In this document: positions 49,481 to 62,540 of the stretch, piece after piece
How the letters are laid out: the number at the start of each line of letters is the position of its first letter
How positions within the stretch are numbered: the first letter of the stretch is position 1
NCBI RefSeq assembly: GCF_009834535.1
Contig: NC_045696.1
Location: 54,190,001 to 54,254,000, forward strand
Direction of reading: 5' to 3'
Length of the DNA: 64,000 bases
DNA from: Camelus ferus
Taxonomy: Eukaryota
Notes under the pieces: model-generated
The model's database searches: none
Told to the model about the DNA's origin: nothing
Seen by the model: only the letters and a program-made list of their open reading frames with translations
Position numbers and translations under genes: made by a program

Positions 49481-52400
49481 ATGTTAAAAGTAAAACTTTC
49501 TAGAATTTAGTCTGGAAGGAGAATCCACAATAGTCACTTTTCCTTCCTCTGCTAAAATACCTGGCCCTATAGAAGCAGAAAGCTTTATTTGTATCTGGAA
49601 AAGGAAAAACCCTAAGGCAAAAGTCTGTCTTCATTTAGCAGTTCTAATTAGACTGAAGAAAACTCCCACTTTGAAGCATAATGAGGTTGTGGGTTTGACA
49701 TCACATAAGGATCATGCACTTTGGAGCCACAATGACCTGGGACCAGTCTCTGATCTGTAAAATTTGTAAAAGAGCGATTCTCTGAGTCTGACTTTCTACA
49801 AATGCAAAATGAAGATGATAGTGTACTAGGAAGAGTCTGGCATATAGTAGGTGCTCACATAGTGTTAGCTTGCTTCCTCCCTTTTCTCCTAAGGTCTTGG
49901 TACAGAACACAGCTTTCTGGGTGAGACGAGACTGGGCCTCACGGATGCAGGGAGCATCCTGGGAGGATTCAGGAGGAGCATGTGTGAGTCCCTGGATGAA
50001 GAGCTGACCTCTTCTTCCTCACACTCAACCTGTATCATCTCTGTCAGGTTTCTCTCATTTTACTTTTGTACTTCCTTTTCATCTCCTGCAAAAATGTCCC
50101 TGCATGTGGCACAGAAATTGCCCTGGGGCTGCTATGCAGTGACAGGTGACACCAGTGAGGAAGTGACGCTCACCAGCACTTGGGATCAAGAGCCAAGAGC
50201 CTAAAAATGAATGTAGATCATCAGGGTTCAGGAAGTCCATAAATACTATCGAAGTTGTCTTCCCATCTTCTTTCTCTCTCTCTCATTTCCCTGGAGCACA
50301 TGTGTTTGTTTTCCTTTCTCTGTTTTCTTTTCCTCTCTTTCCTCTTCCCCTTTTTCTCTCCTCCTGCTCCTCCTTCATATTCTTCCTTAGTAAGGAAGGA
50401 ATCTAATTTGTATAAAAGGCAGATTACCAGATTATTCTATGCTTCGAGCCCAACAGAATCCTCCCAAGCTATGCTGGGTAACGTTCTCTACAACAATCAC
50501 GTGTCTCCCACTTCTCAATCTACTTGGGAAACACATTCATTTCCCAGAGCCGTCCCTAATTAAAGAAAAATGGAAGTTAGACTTACACTTTACCTTTTAC
50601 CATTAGCAGATCGCCAACCCCAGGGACAGGAACAGGTCAGAAATGTTTCTACTAGAAATCTAACCAATGGCCAGCCCTGTTCTGACTCCACCTAAATGTT
50701 GTGTGTGATACCTTCTCTACAAGTTAGAATCCTTGTGCTGTGGTTGAGACTGGATTCCTGAAGTTGCAAAATAAAGAGTTATTAATTATTTTTTCTGGTG
50801 TTTTTATTAAGGAAAATCAGCTAAGTTTATTACCTTCTAAATGGAGACTATAGTGGCATTAAAAGGAAGAATAAGTCTTGTTTAATGGCTCTGGGCATAA
50901 AAAGGGGATAAAAGTGCAAATCAGAACACCAAAGTAGAAGATCTGTAGAGAAGATGAGAAAGAATGAGTCTTGGCAATTGGAGGAGATTAGACACAACAG
51001 AAGAAGGAGGGATAGTTAACCCTGTGTTAGGTGATTATCCTGCACGGGAGAATTTCTGTGAGTGGGATTCAGTGAAGTAAGTACTCCTCAGTCCAGGCTG
51101 GATGGCTCTCAAAGGCAATTTCTACACTGAACTGAGTTGGCACCTACATCCCCTAGTAACCAGAGGAAGTTTAACAGAAGTTTGAATGGAAGATACAAAC
51201 TGGAGCTGTCTGTATAAGCTGATTTACATTGGCTGATGTTCAGACTGAGTAGCCAGTAGGATTTTATTCCTACTCACCCACATCGTTGGTTGTACTATAA
51301 GCAGCTTAGGGACATTCTATTTTTTTCATTCTGTTTCATTCTATTTGATGAATTTCTTGGTCCATTTTTGTCTTAAGTACTTAAGAAGGCAAAAACAAAA
51401 CAAAACAAAACAAAATCATATTGTTCCAGTGTGAGGTCTGTGTCACTTTATATAACTGTATCTGCCAAACCAATCCTGAGAGCCTGATTAAGGCAACATG
51501 GTCCCAGGGTCAGAATTCTATGTGCCACTGTTAACTAATTAAACACCACAGCCGAGCAGCTAAGCTTCTCCTTTGTCACTCCAGAAACAATCTCATAGTA
51601 TACATTTCCTCCCTAAATAATACAAACTCAATAAAATAGAAAAATGTATATAAATGAGCATAGATCTTTAAATGCTTCTAAAAATAGGATATTAAAGTAA
51701 AAATAAAATGAATTTGCTAGACTTCTTAATGTGTATGCCTCTGATGAACTGCCATCATCTCCTCTAAAAATAAATTGCTATTTGCCTTACCCCTAGGAGC
51801 TGTTGATTCTTGTCTAGAGGGTCTGCTTATATTTGCCACCTGCCTCTGCTGATGACCATTACCAAGACAACTGCTCCTACTAGGTTAGTATCTCACAGAG
51901 AATGAAGCACAGGGTTCCTTTCATCATCTAATCAATCTCTAGAGTCTCACAACTTTTATCGGTAAACCACAGTTTCTGCTGTCTGCACGGCACCCTGCAC
52001 AGACCCCCACTCAGTGAAGGTGCCCTAGGTCACCTGGTGCAGGCTAACATTCCTGGACTAGCATCATGGACCCATGATTCATCTCTTATTACGGGACAGT
52101 GATGGGTTGATGGATGAAGTGAATTTATAGACAGGAATGCTGGGCTTCCTTCCTCTGACTTTAGGATTTATATGCCCCTTCTCCTGTATATTTAGAAATA
52201 ATTAGCAAGAAAGTAGGATTCTATGAATTATTTTGTTTGTCTATCCATAACACCATTTCAGTACTGTAATATATCTATAAAGTTCTTTAACTCCTATTTA
52301 CTTAGCAAATAGTGTTGCTCAAAAGCTGAAGAGGTGATCTTTGTGATCAAGGAGCTTCTAGTAAAATAGGAGAAAATATTAGATCAAAGTTGTACAACAG

Positions 52401-53149
52401 ATACAAAACGCTGCGGAAATTGAGGAGAAAGAATGTGACATCTGAACTGAGAAATAATATAGGAAATGCTACTTTCAAGGACAGACTTTCATTATGGGTG
52501 CCAGTCTCTTTTGCTCTTGCAGGACAAGTATAGACCCAAAGCGCAGGGACATAAACCTTAATAAACAAGTTGGCAGAGCAGCATTTCCCAGAGTGCGCTC
52601 CACAGTGATGCTGCAAAGCACTCCATCAGCAAGGACCTGGGGCCACCGCACATGGGATATGCACCGTAAGGCACCTGGCTGAGAGTCACAATGCCCAGCA
52701 GCTTATTTAAAACTTGGAAGTCTTGCAACTGAAACAAAAATAAGATCACAAGAACACACTCCAAAAACCGAAGAACCATTAACTTTGTTGAACTTTGAAT
52801 TCTTTTTCCTTTTGTGGGTAAATACAACTTAGTAGTGCTTCTTGGGAATACTATTTACCTGTCCATTTATTTAATTTCTGGACATTTTCACATTCCTTAG
52901 GTGGTGACTCTTGGTGCATGTTGGGGAGCAGATTATGTGTTAAAATCTTGGAAGTGCAAGTTGGATGGGGATACATAGGGTAGGTGCTGTTGAATACTTC
53001 ACCATTTCATTTTTAACCTTCCTCCTACACCAATCTGTTGAGAATGAGTTCTGCAGAGTGACAGCAGAGCACTGTGTCAAGGGAGGCTCTTCGATAAATA
53101 TTTGATGGGCACGACCCTTCACGGTTACTGTTTGTTTCATTATCTTTAT

Positions 53150-54000
53150 TTTAATTATTTTCCATTACTTTTCCCTGAAAGATACAGAGGAGGCATTTTT
53201 ACATCTATCACCTTCACCACCTGCCATCTTTCTGATAAATGTCACCGATCACCTGGTCTTTGTCCTTGGCCCTTTCTGTTTGCATACTTACCCAGGAAGC
53301 TTCATATTCTCCCAATGCCTCTTTTAGCAGCTTCACTCCCTCCACAGTCTCTCATAAGCCCTACACACCAGTGACCAGACACAGTGCAGCTCAGAGCAAC
53401 ATAAATGCGTGTATCTCTGTGCCTACACTCACGATTACATTATCGGTTTCCCTGGGCCTCGCTCATCATCTGTCAAAACAATGTTGATCTTTCAAGGTCT
53501 ACAGAGCTAAATTACACAATGGTTAAGAATGCAGGGTACAGGCCAGACTAGGTTCAAATCTCAGCTCCATCAATTAAAATTGAGTACTCTTGTATACAAC
53601 AGCTATCTGTGTTTCAGTTTCCCTATAATGTAAAATGAAAATATAAGATATATGACCTCAGAAGAGCATTGTAAGGATTGAGGTTTGAATACTACTTCGT
53701 ACTTGATTAGAATTCAATAAAATTTAACACAAATAAAATAAAACAAAAGAAAATATACTTCCAAAAAGCCTTCTCTGAAAAACTTATTAAAGTTGATTTT
53801 TTCCTCTTTGGTGATCCCTTAGCAAATTAACCCAAATTTTATTCAATAACAGTATTCTGTCTTCCATTAACTGCAGCATTTTCCTGCATAAACTCTTAAG
53901 TTGTGAGCTCATGAAGGTAAGGGCTGTCATAGTCATCTTTGTGGTTCTCCTACTGAAAGTAACTGGACATAACTGGTTTTCAGTTCATGTGTGTTGATGT
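53150..54000. mobile_element. L2 fragments with an embedded MIR (~53510-53715)
   Basis: L2-like pyrimidine-rich segments plus MIR GGTTAAGAATGCAGG...GGTTCAAATCTCAGCTCCA...TTTCAGTTTCCC...GTAAAATGA. Confidence 0.55.
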
Positions 54001-54669
54001 GAAAAATGTGATCCAAATGAAAAATAAGGGAAGCACATTTAAATACTCAGAGGAGCAAGGCAGTCTTGGAAGAGAACATTTATGTCTGAATCCAACATCA
54101 GCATAATCTAGATAGTTAATTTCTTTTTTTAAAACAAATGTACAACATATTTAATATTGCAATGTGGACTTGACCCTGTCATCTAGGAAGCCCTCAGCAC
54201 AGGTAGCTTAATGAAGTGTTAGGTGAGAAGCTGTCCCATCCCCTATTAAGCAGTGTATTGTCTAAATGAGTTTAATTACCATGCAAATTACTATGAGCTC
54301 ATACACCCAAGGCCTAAAACATATCAGATGGCAGGTCTAAGACAAATCCAGTAAGCCGTGTCTCTCTTTGCAGGAATGTTTCTTTCTAATAAGGAAGAAA
54401 AATATGGTGAATGTAACAAGAATGAAGTAATTCTTAGTGAATTTTGGCTAAATTAGTGAAATAACAGAAGCTGGTCAAAATTGTAGTAGACTTACAAAAT
54501 ACTCCATTTTTGCAAATCATTTTCAAGAATTATCAATTAACCGGTCTGTTCGCCTTCTTCTAAAATCTGATTGCAAATGATTAAATATCTAACTTCTGTT
54601 TTCACATGCCCATGCATGCCTGGAAAAAGGCTGTATCACTCATGTCAACAGGGAACACTTTGGGGTGTG

Positions 54670-54830
54670 GGCAAGAAGTAGAACTAGAAATAAAAGATCT
54701 ATGCTGTAGGTCAACTTACAAAATGTGTGATCCTGAGCAAGTCACTTAACACCTCAGAGTTTCAATTTTCTCTTCTGTAATAAGGCCTAATAATACTACT
54801 CATGGGGTTAAGATGTGGACAAGATGATTT
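54670..54830. mobile_element. MIR SINE
   Basis: TGTGTGATCCTGAGCAAGTCACTTAACACCTCAGAGTTTCAATTTTCTCTTCTGTAA. Confidence 0.75.
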
Positions 54831-54983
54831 TAAGTGTTTTCAAAACTCATACAAACAAAGGTACTATTACATAAATGCCTTGTTTGTTTACATTTAAAGA
54901 AAAAGAAAATACATTTCTGTTCTTGCTTTCAGCTTTTTAATTATTTTTTTCTTTTTTTGATGTGGTGTATGGATCAAAGACCA

Positions 54984-55156
54984 TTTTTTTTTCTTTTTTT
55001 TTTTTTTTGGTTTGTTTTATTTTTGAAGGGGAGGTAATTAGGTTTGGTTGGCTGGCTGATTGATTGATTGATTGATTTAAATGGAGGTACTGGGGATTGA
55101 ACCCAGGACCTCACGCCTGCTAAGCACACACTCTACCACTGAGCTATACTCTCCCC
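54984..55156 (-). mobile_element. tRNA-derived SINE (camelid vic-1 type) with long T-rich tail and (GATT)n
   Basis: Minus strand GGGGAGAGTATAGCTCAGTGGTAGAGTGTGTGCTTAGCAGGCGTGAGGTCCTGGGTTCAATCCCCAGTACCTCC; intact A and B boxes; AAACCTAATTACCTCCCC motif. Confidence 0.9.
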
Positions 55157-55623
55157 ACTTTTGGCTTCCATCTTCACATGGAGTCAACATGGAGTCATGT
55201 CAAAACATTAACCACATCTTAAGATCAATCCAAAGCACCACCCAACTAATGATACCACTTCCTCCCCTGAACATCACAGTCCTTGCAAAAGTAGCCTGAC
55301 ACAGAGCAAGAAATCCTGAAGGTTCCAAATAAATATGTATGGACTAAGACTGAAATTTCATTACTATACTTGTTTGAACATCTTTCCAAATACTGCCCAA
55401 ATTACACTGTAATGGGATAGGACCATCTGTTATCTAGTAACTAAAATGACCTAATGGATTTAACTTTTACAAGGTGTCTAATCTACTCAGGGCCATGAAT
55501 AAACTGGGAAGTAAGCACATGAATTCAGATTAGATTTCTAAAGTGTTTTCAGCAAAACCTTCACCAAAACACACCTAGGATAAGTCAGACCTTATGAACA
55601 ATACTCCACAGAGGCATGATCCG

Positions 55624-55842
55624 ATAGCAGTTTTCAAGCTTTCTTGACTACAACCCCCAGCAAGAAATATATCACATCATGACTCGCAAATAAAACAAAA
55701 AATATTTTATTTTACTACATACAGTTCACTCTGATTTTTTTTATCCAGTCCTACCTGTTATGTTCTATTTTATTTAACAAAAATAATGTTCCTCACAACC
55801 TGTTGCTGGCTTGTGACCTGTTATTTGTAAAACATTGTGCTA
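55624..55842. mobile_element. Possible hAT-Charlie non-autonomous relic
   Basis: Termini TAGCAGTTTTCAAGCTTT and TTTGTAAAACATTGTGCTA resemble Charlie-type TIRs. Confidence 0.4.
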
Positions 55843-56442
55843 AGGACCCAGCACTAAGTGTTTAACTGTGTCATAGTCCATGTGCTCATTTGGAGAGATG
55901 AGGAAATAAGACCGAGTGCTTGAAAAGTGCATCCTTCTCGGAATGAATGAGTGGTGTCAGCAGTGAAATGTTTTCCTGGCAGATTACAAAATCAGTACCA
56001 GCTGTGAACTTCACTAAAGAGAATTTTCATTGTGTTTCGTTTTAATGGTTGTACGCGAGGTCAAAAAGACTGATCATGTGCTTGGTTTTCTCCTTTGCTT
56101 CTGCAGTGACTGAAAAACAGGTTTACATGGGCTAAGGAATGTTAGTATGCTGTTTCAGTAACAGCCCCAGGAACATGATTCAGTGAACTACATCACTCTT
56201 TTCTGCTTAGTTGGGACTAATGGGTGAAACTTAAAAGGAATTAAATATTTCTTTACTTTAAATAAATTTTTTTTTTTTTTTAATTTGAAGGCATCTCACC
56301 GAGAAATGTGCTATCTAGTGGGCTCCTGTAACTTGTGTGTTTCTCATCAGGCTGTATTCAAGGAGTACCTGAAAAAAGATTTGCCAAAGCTCTTATGGAA
56401 AAGATTCCAGCACTGGGTAAAAGAGTAGATGAAACATGTAAA

Positions 56443-56606
56443 CTGTGCTAATTCCAGTTCTATAGCTACTTCACCTGTGGCTGTTGGGCATTTGAATTGT
56501 GGCTAGTGTGACCGAGGAAGTGAATTTTTAGGTTTTGATGTTAATATACATTTAAATTTAAATAGCCATATAACAATATGTGGTTGACACATTGGACTGC
56601 ACAGAT
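56443..56606. mobile_element. MER3-like hAT-Charlie MITE
   Basis: TGTGGCTGTTGGGCATTTGAATTGTGGCTAGTGTGACCGAGGAAGTGAATTTTTA...AAATTTAAATAGCCA...ATTGGACTGCACAG. Confidence 0.75.
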
Positions 56607-56765
56607 CTAGGGGAACCAATGTGTTGATTATCTGATAAAGTAAATATGACAATTGTTAATACATTATATCATAATTCATGATGCATTCGAAATACTAAAA
56701 AGTAATCTAGAACCCATGAAAAACAGCAAATACCAAATTGATATATTAAAAATAGAACAGCTTTA

Positions 56766-56992
56766 TATGTAGTAGTTGGTATCTACAAATCACCAACTAC
56801 TATATATAAAATAGATAAACAACAAGGTCCTACTGTATAGCACAAGGAACTATATTCAATACCTTGTAATAACCTATAATGGAAAAGAATATATATGTAT
56901 AACTCAATTACTATGCTGCACATCAGAAATTAACACAATATGGTAAAGGGACTATACTTCAATTAAAAAAATAAAAATAAAAAATAAAAAAT
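56766..56992 (+). mobile_element. 5'-truncated L1 3'-end insertion with TSD and a short inverted 5' segment
   Basis: TSD AAAAATAGAACAGCTTTA (56748-56765) / AAAAATAGGACAGTTTTA (56993-57010), L1 3'UTR body, (A)nT tail. Confidence 0.9.
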
Positions 56993-58384
56993 AAAAATAG
57001 GACAGTTTTAAGACTATGGACAAACTTACTGCCTGCTTTGGGTTTTGGTTTGTATATCTCCCTGATGACAAATAGATTTCTTCCGGTATTTCCACAGAGA
57101 CTGGTGATATCACTGACACTTATTAGTGCATTCCAAGGAGTCATGTTCCAAATTTCAGCAGATGCCTGAAGGTCAAATTTAAGAGACTGAAAAGGAAATC
57201 CTGCTAGTTCCTTGAAAGGGGGGCTTTTTTTTTTTTTTTTTTTTTTTTTTTGCATTTGTGTCAATACAAGAAATTAAGACAAGGAATGTTTCTGTAAAGT
57301 CATGAGATATCTATGTGATGGGACTCTTCCTACTGGATCATTTAATCTTAAAAACAATACATACAGAAAATCAGGAATAATTAACAATCTTTAATGTCTC
57401 TGTCAAGGAAAATACAGCAAAACTCATTTTTAAATATTAATTCACTGCATCTGATTCCCTCTATATTCCAAGAAGCTCTTGATGATATGATATTTCTATT
57501 ATTGACTTAAAAGGAGAACCCACTCCAGATACAATAAGCAATTTATGATATGCCTAAAATAGAGGTGAATGGACAAGGGTAAATTATCTGCTTTAGAAAT
57601 TAAATCTAGGACGTTTAAAAAGACAGCTGCACTGAAGTATAGCCAATCAAATCAAACTAAGGAATTATTCTTTCCTTAATCACCCCAGCAAGCAGTAGCA
57701 GAATATCATAGAAGGCACCAATCAGGGGATTTCACCACCTCTTTTTTGTATGCAAACAAATCACAGAAAAATTTGACTTTGCATGCCTGGACCCCAGGCT
57801 AGGGACTCCTCCAGTCAGATTCTTTTCAGTAACTTCCCTGGGAAATGAAAAGTTTTGCCTAGTTGGCAATTCTGGGATCTGAGCAAGAATGAGAGAGGTG
57901 ATTATTTAACAGGTTGTACAGGAGGAGAGTTTGAAGAGATTCCAAGAATTCTGGATTTTACAGACGTGGGTGGCACCCAGGGATGAGTTGTGCAGAATCC
58001 ACTGAGGACTAGGAAACAGGGTTGACCTCTGAGAATGAAACTAGGTGGATACAGAAATAATTAATGTGTGTGCACTGGCTACCTCTAGCAGAAAACCAGG
58101 TCATGATATTTATAAACATGTGAACAAAGAGGTTTGAGAATTCTATAAAACTTCCATCAAGGTGAACTAGAGAAAGTAATGCAGCAGTTTGATTGAAATT
58201 TAATAAGCTGGATTCCAAGCAAATATTGGGCATCTTGTCCAGAGAAGAGCTGAATAAAGTGAGAAAGATTAGCCTGAGCTGTAGAAGAGGGAAACCAAGG
58301 GACCAGAAAACACTAAAGTATCCAAAACTGCCAAAGAGATAGTCTCTGTGCCAGGAACTGGGTCGATTTCTGTAACAGGTTATG

Positions 58385-58620
58385 TACATTATAGCAGAGG
58401 GTTTAAAACTGGAGTTTGCCACCAGATAAGCTGAGCTGTAATTCATATTATTTTCTTAGCCTTGGGTAACTCACTAGCATCTCTGTGACTCAGTTTTATT
58501 CTCTGTGAGTATAATAGGATCCACCATTAGGGTTGCTGTAAAAATTATTGAGTTAATGTATGTCAAGCATTTGGGACAGTCCTAGTCCGTAGTTAGCTCT
58601 CAATAAGTGTTTATTATACT
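58385..58620. mobile_element. MIR SINE
   Basis: CCTTGGGTAACTCACTAGCATCTCTGTGACTCAGTTTT...GGGTTGCTGTAAAAATTA...GCTCTCAATAAGTG. Confidence 0.75.
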
Positions 58621-60544
58621 GATCAACTTGGAGATGGATATACGATTTACAGCAATATGTATATGTGACTTCTGCAACTAATCATCCCTATTTTAAGCCC
58701 ATGAGTGCTAAGTATCTCACTGTCCCACATGGATTGGCCTGTAAGGAGGGATACACTGGCAGGCTGATTTTACTATTCTGATCCTTGTATCACGTTAAGT
58801 TTCTAACTTGGCATTTTGGCTCATAGTTCAGTCTTTGGTGAGTTTTAATATTATCAGTCAGCTTTCTAAACCCAATCAACTCTGGACACTGACAAGATTG
58901 ACATTTGAACCACTGAGGCTAAAAGCTAGACCCAGAACCTTGATGAATTTACTAAAGGTATGCTAACTGTAAAGTCTTGGCAAACAGCTAAAAAGCCATC
59001 TCCTGAAAACCTCCATCTATCTTCTTTCAAATGTCAGTAATTGACAACCAAAATTCTCCCAGATGCCAAGTGGTTTAGAAAAAAATGTAACAGAAAAAGA
59101 AACAGAATATCTTAGAGGTGGTTAGACTTGTAGAAAGATTGCTTTTGAACAGGATATATCAATCATCAGGATTTGCCATGTCTTGTCTAATGCTTGAGGA
59201 TTTTGGCAATGCCTGGAGACCAAGACCTGAATGTACACACAAAGGGGTCAGTGATTTTCAGTCCAATCATAGCAAATTTCTGCTTCAAATAAACCCATCA
59301 GTATGCTAAATTAGTCCTCACCTTTCACTGTTAAAGGGCCATCTTGCTGTGCTGTGTTTCCAGTAACCAGTTATTTCCTCTAATCTACCTATGAATAGAG
59401 AATGCAACCATCTCTATTCCTACAGTGTGGTCCTATGTATTTATGATGTAGAATTTTTTTGAAGGGAGGACAAACACAATGATATATCTCTACTGCAGAT
59501 TTAGGGTCAATTAGCCATTCTGCCACTTTCAGGAAAAACAAATGGCTTTTGACATACCCTCGCCTATGTAGCACAGTTGGAAAAATTCCAGGGTCTCAAA
59601 TGCAATTTTTAAGATTGCTTTGGACTTTGTGCTACCAGGCCATGCATATCTCTCAGATTCTTCTTCTTCTTTTGTTTTTTTTTTTAAGATTTCCTGGAGC
59701 TGAGTTGATACTGGGCAAGCTCTCACAGGATTCTGGGCAAGGACTATGTTGCCGCCCATAATAACTCAAGTCCAGTTACAAGGGAGCAGCATCGAGCCTG
59801 TGAGATAAGATAAGGCCAAAGAGGAAGTTGACAGAGATTCCACAACTAAGGGGACAAGAGCAGCTGTCACTCTGGCATGGAGGTGAAACTTGCCACCCTC
59901 CTGCCCAATGGTGCCACTTCAGTACTCTGAACATTAAGCCGAGTTTACTTCCTCCCTGGTGACTGTGCCAGTCACATTTGAGAACAGCTGCCACAGCCTT
60001 AATGACAGAGCCTGCAGGAACCTAATAAGTCCCCTCCACACCTGCATGGCTTTACCAGACAGCTGTTTCCCGTTCCTCCACCTCCTCTCTCACTCCTTCC
60101 CCTCACGTGTGCTCAGTGCCCCATCTTCCCCAGAAGATACAGCCCGATCCTCTGACTAGTTCTGCACTTTTGTTCGGATTTCATTATCTCCATTTCCATG
60201 GCCCTTAAAGGCAGTGGAGATAAAAAGCATAACGTCTTTCAGATTGCTCAAACGTCACCATTTGCTATGCAAAAGGCTGAGGGTTGGAGACTGAGAAAGT
60301 CAGTCGGAAGAATCCATAGTCTAAGAGATAAGGGGGCAAGAAGGGAGAAAACAAGAAGAGCTGCCTCCCTTTCCTTGCTGACACCCCTCAGACACGAATA
60401 TAGTAATTCACAAAGCCATGGAGACACTTCACAGTTTACCTAGGTATGGAATCTCTCTGATCAAAGTAGTTTCTGATTGAGAAAGCTGCCCAGTGAAAGA
60501 GATAAAAAACAAAACAAAACAGAAAACCTAGTACTCCTTGAAAA

Positions 60545-60667
60545 AAATTTGTATGCCTGGGCTCTCAGTGATTCTGATTCCAATGGCCAAGGAATTTGCA
60601 TTTTCAATAAAAGTAGATATTTGTGATGCACTTGGTCACTGGACCACACTTTTAGAAACACCACTGT
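60545..60667. mobile_element. MER5-like hAT-Charlie relic
   Basis: ATGCCTGGGCTCTCAGTGATTCTGATTC...GGAATTTGCATTTT...GGACCACACTTTAGAAACACCACTG. Confidence 0.7.
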
Positions 60668-62024
60668 AGATTAATGTATCCTAAGTTGAAACATGATGCT
60701 AAGAAACACAGTTATGACAGGGGGGGATGTTTATGGACAACAAGTGGACTAATATGAAGGCAGAAAAGGAAGATGAGAAGCATGATGGAATAAGATGACC
60801 ATTGACCTGCTTTCAGGATCTTTTCACTGTTGAATAGTGAAGATAAGTCTCTCCTTCTTCCCCATGGTCTAGCATGGATGGGGAGAAGGCAGTAAAAGTC
60901 TGCAACAAGAGGACCTCTCACCAGTAAACTGTAAAATGTGAAGCTTAAGTTTTACAAGGCTAGAGTAAGTAAAAGTGATATCAGAATTGTTGTTTTCAGT
61001 GGTAACCTATAAAGTCACTCGTAGCTAACATTGCTACTTCGCTTACTTCTGCAAATTGGCTGGTGGTAATACGTATAGATCAAATTTTTAAGAAGGGGAA
61101 TATTCCAGATAGCCTCTGCATCCCACTTCTCTCATGGTATACCACAGTCACTGTCCATGTAGTAACTGCATTCCAGGTAACAGAATCATAATCACGAACG
61201 ACTAATTACTGCAGAAACACAGAGTCTCTCTCCACTATGTCTAGCACATAAGGCTCTTTCTTGGCTGCCACAGAGAGGAGAAAGCTTTTTCCAACACAAA
61301 GAGACTAAGTGGGAAACAACTCATTCAACAAACCCAGTTCATCTTCTACTCATGTATTTGAGATTCTCCTACTACCATGTGTGCTTTTATTTCTTTCCGA
61401 CCAACACAACATCTTTGTCTCAACTAGTGTTTCCTCACAGTTTGCTCTGCTATTATGCTATTGTATCTTCTGCTGTCCACGTCCCTTGCCCAGCTCACAT
61501 CAGATGCAGAACTGATCAAGTTGTGCTGACTGGATCATGACTGTCCAAGCCCAATAGGGCATCCCTTTCAAGATCGCCTTTCAAAGCCACAAATCTCCTG
61601 AATGACAAAGCAGTGGCATTGGCTGGGGATGTTTGCAATTAGGTTCCATCTTCATTTTGCTGTACAAGCCAGCTGGGAAAGCACCTCTCCCACTGAGTGC
61701 ACTGTGCCCTCACAGTGAGATAGGAAGCACACTAAATACAGTTCTCAGGGATAAGAAAGGAATTCTTGGTACAGAGAAGAGCCTTATGGAAATACTTGGC
61801 AGCATATTTTCAGGCTTCAGAATAATTTAGGGTGTTCCTCCAAGTCTAAAAATGTTTACTCTAATGTCTGTAAAGAAATCATACAGTTGTTGAAATTGGA
61901 TAGTATACTGAGATTGTTTAGTCCAATTTCCCATGTAAAATAGAATTTTAACTGGATGTCACATACCTTAAAAGTAAACAATAATCAACTAAAGTTTGGA
62001 CATCACTTCTAGAATTTTCATGAA

Positions 62025-62178
62025 TTAACTCATTTAATCCTCATTACTTAGTATAACTAGATCCTGCTCTATCTTTTCAGGTGATAAAACAGAGAGATAG
62101 AAAAATTAAGGAACTTGCCCATGGTTATAAGCTGCAAGTATGAGGTGGTTTTTGGACTCAGGCAATCTACTTCTAACT
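62025..62178. mobile_element. MIR SINE
   Basis: ACTCATTTAATCCTCA...CAGGTGATAAAACAGAG...TTAAGGAACTTGCCCATGGT...GGACTCAGGCAATCT. Confidence 0.7.
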
Positions 62179-62289
62179 ACTAGGGAGGAATATGACTTAA
62201 GACAATTAATCTGTGTCTTCCAGACCCCAATACCACAGTTTTAGGTTAGTAAGAGTTAGGTCTGGGGCTCTTTTAGAAATTACTGAGAA

Positions 62290-62540
62290 AAAGCAGTTTT
62301 CTTTCTTTCCCACACTGGCTGCTGAAAGGACAGGATGGAGTTGGGAAACTTCAATACCACCTCAGTGCTGCCAGGGTAATCCAGAGATGGAGAAGTCCTG
62401 AGCTCTGATGAGCCCCTGGATGCAGCTGTACCTGATGGGGATTTATTCCTTTCTCTGATAGGTGAGCCAATAGATTATTTTTCTTCATGCCAGCCGGAGT
62501 CATGTTTTCTGTCATTTGAAATAAGCAAGTCCTTAATGAG
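62290..62540 (+). mobile_element. MLT1-like (ERVL-MaLR) solo LTR fragment
   Basis: TGAGCCCCTGGATGCAGCTGTACCTGA...TGAGCCAATAGATT...TTTTCTGTCATTTGAAA...AGTCCT, typical of old MLT1 3' halves. Confidence 0.65.

Noticed and set aside
58009..58446. 145-aa minus-strand ATG ORF
   Set aside because: Begins inside a MIR, has no splice or domain support, and its composition is typical of non-coding AT-rich DNA.
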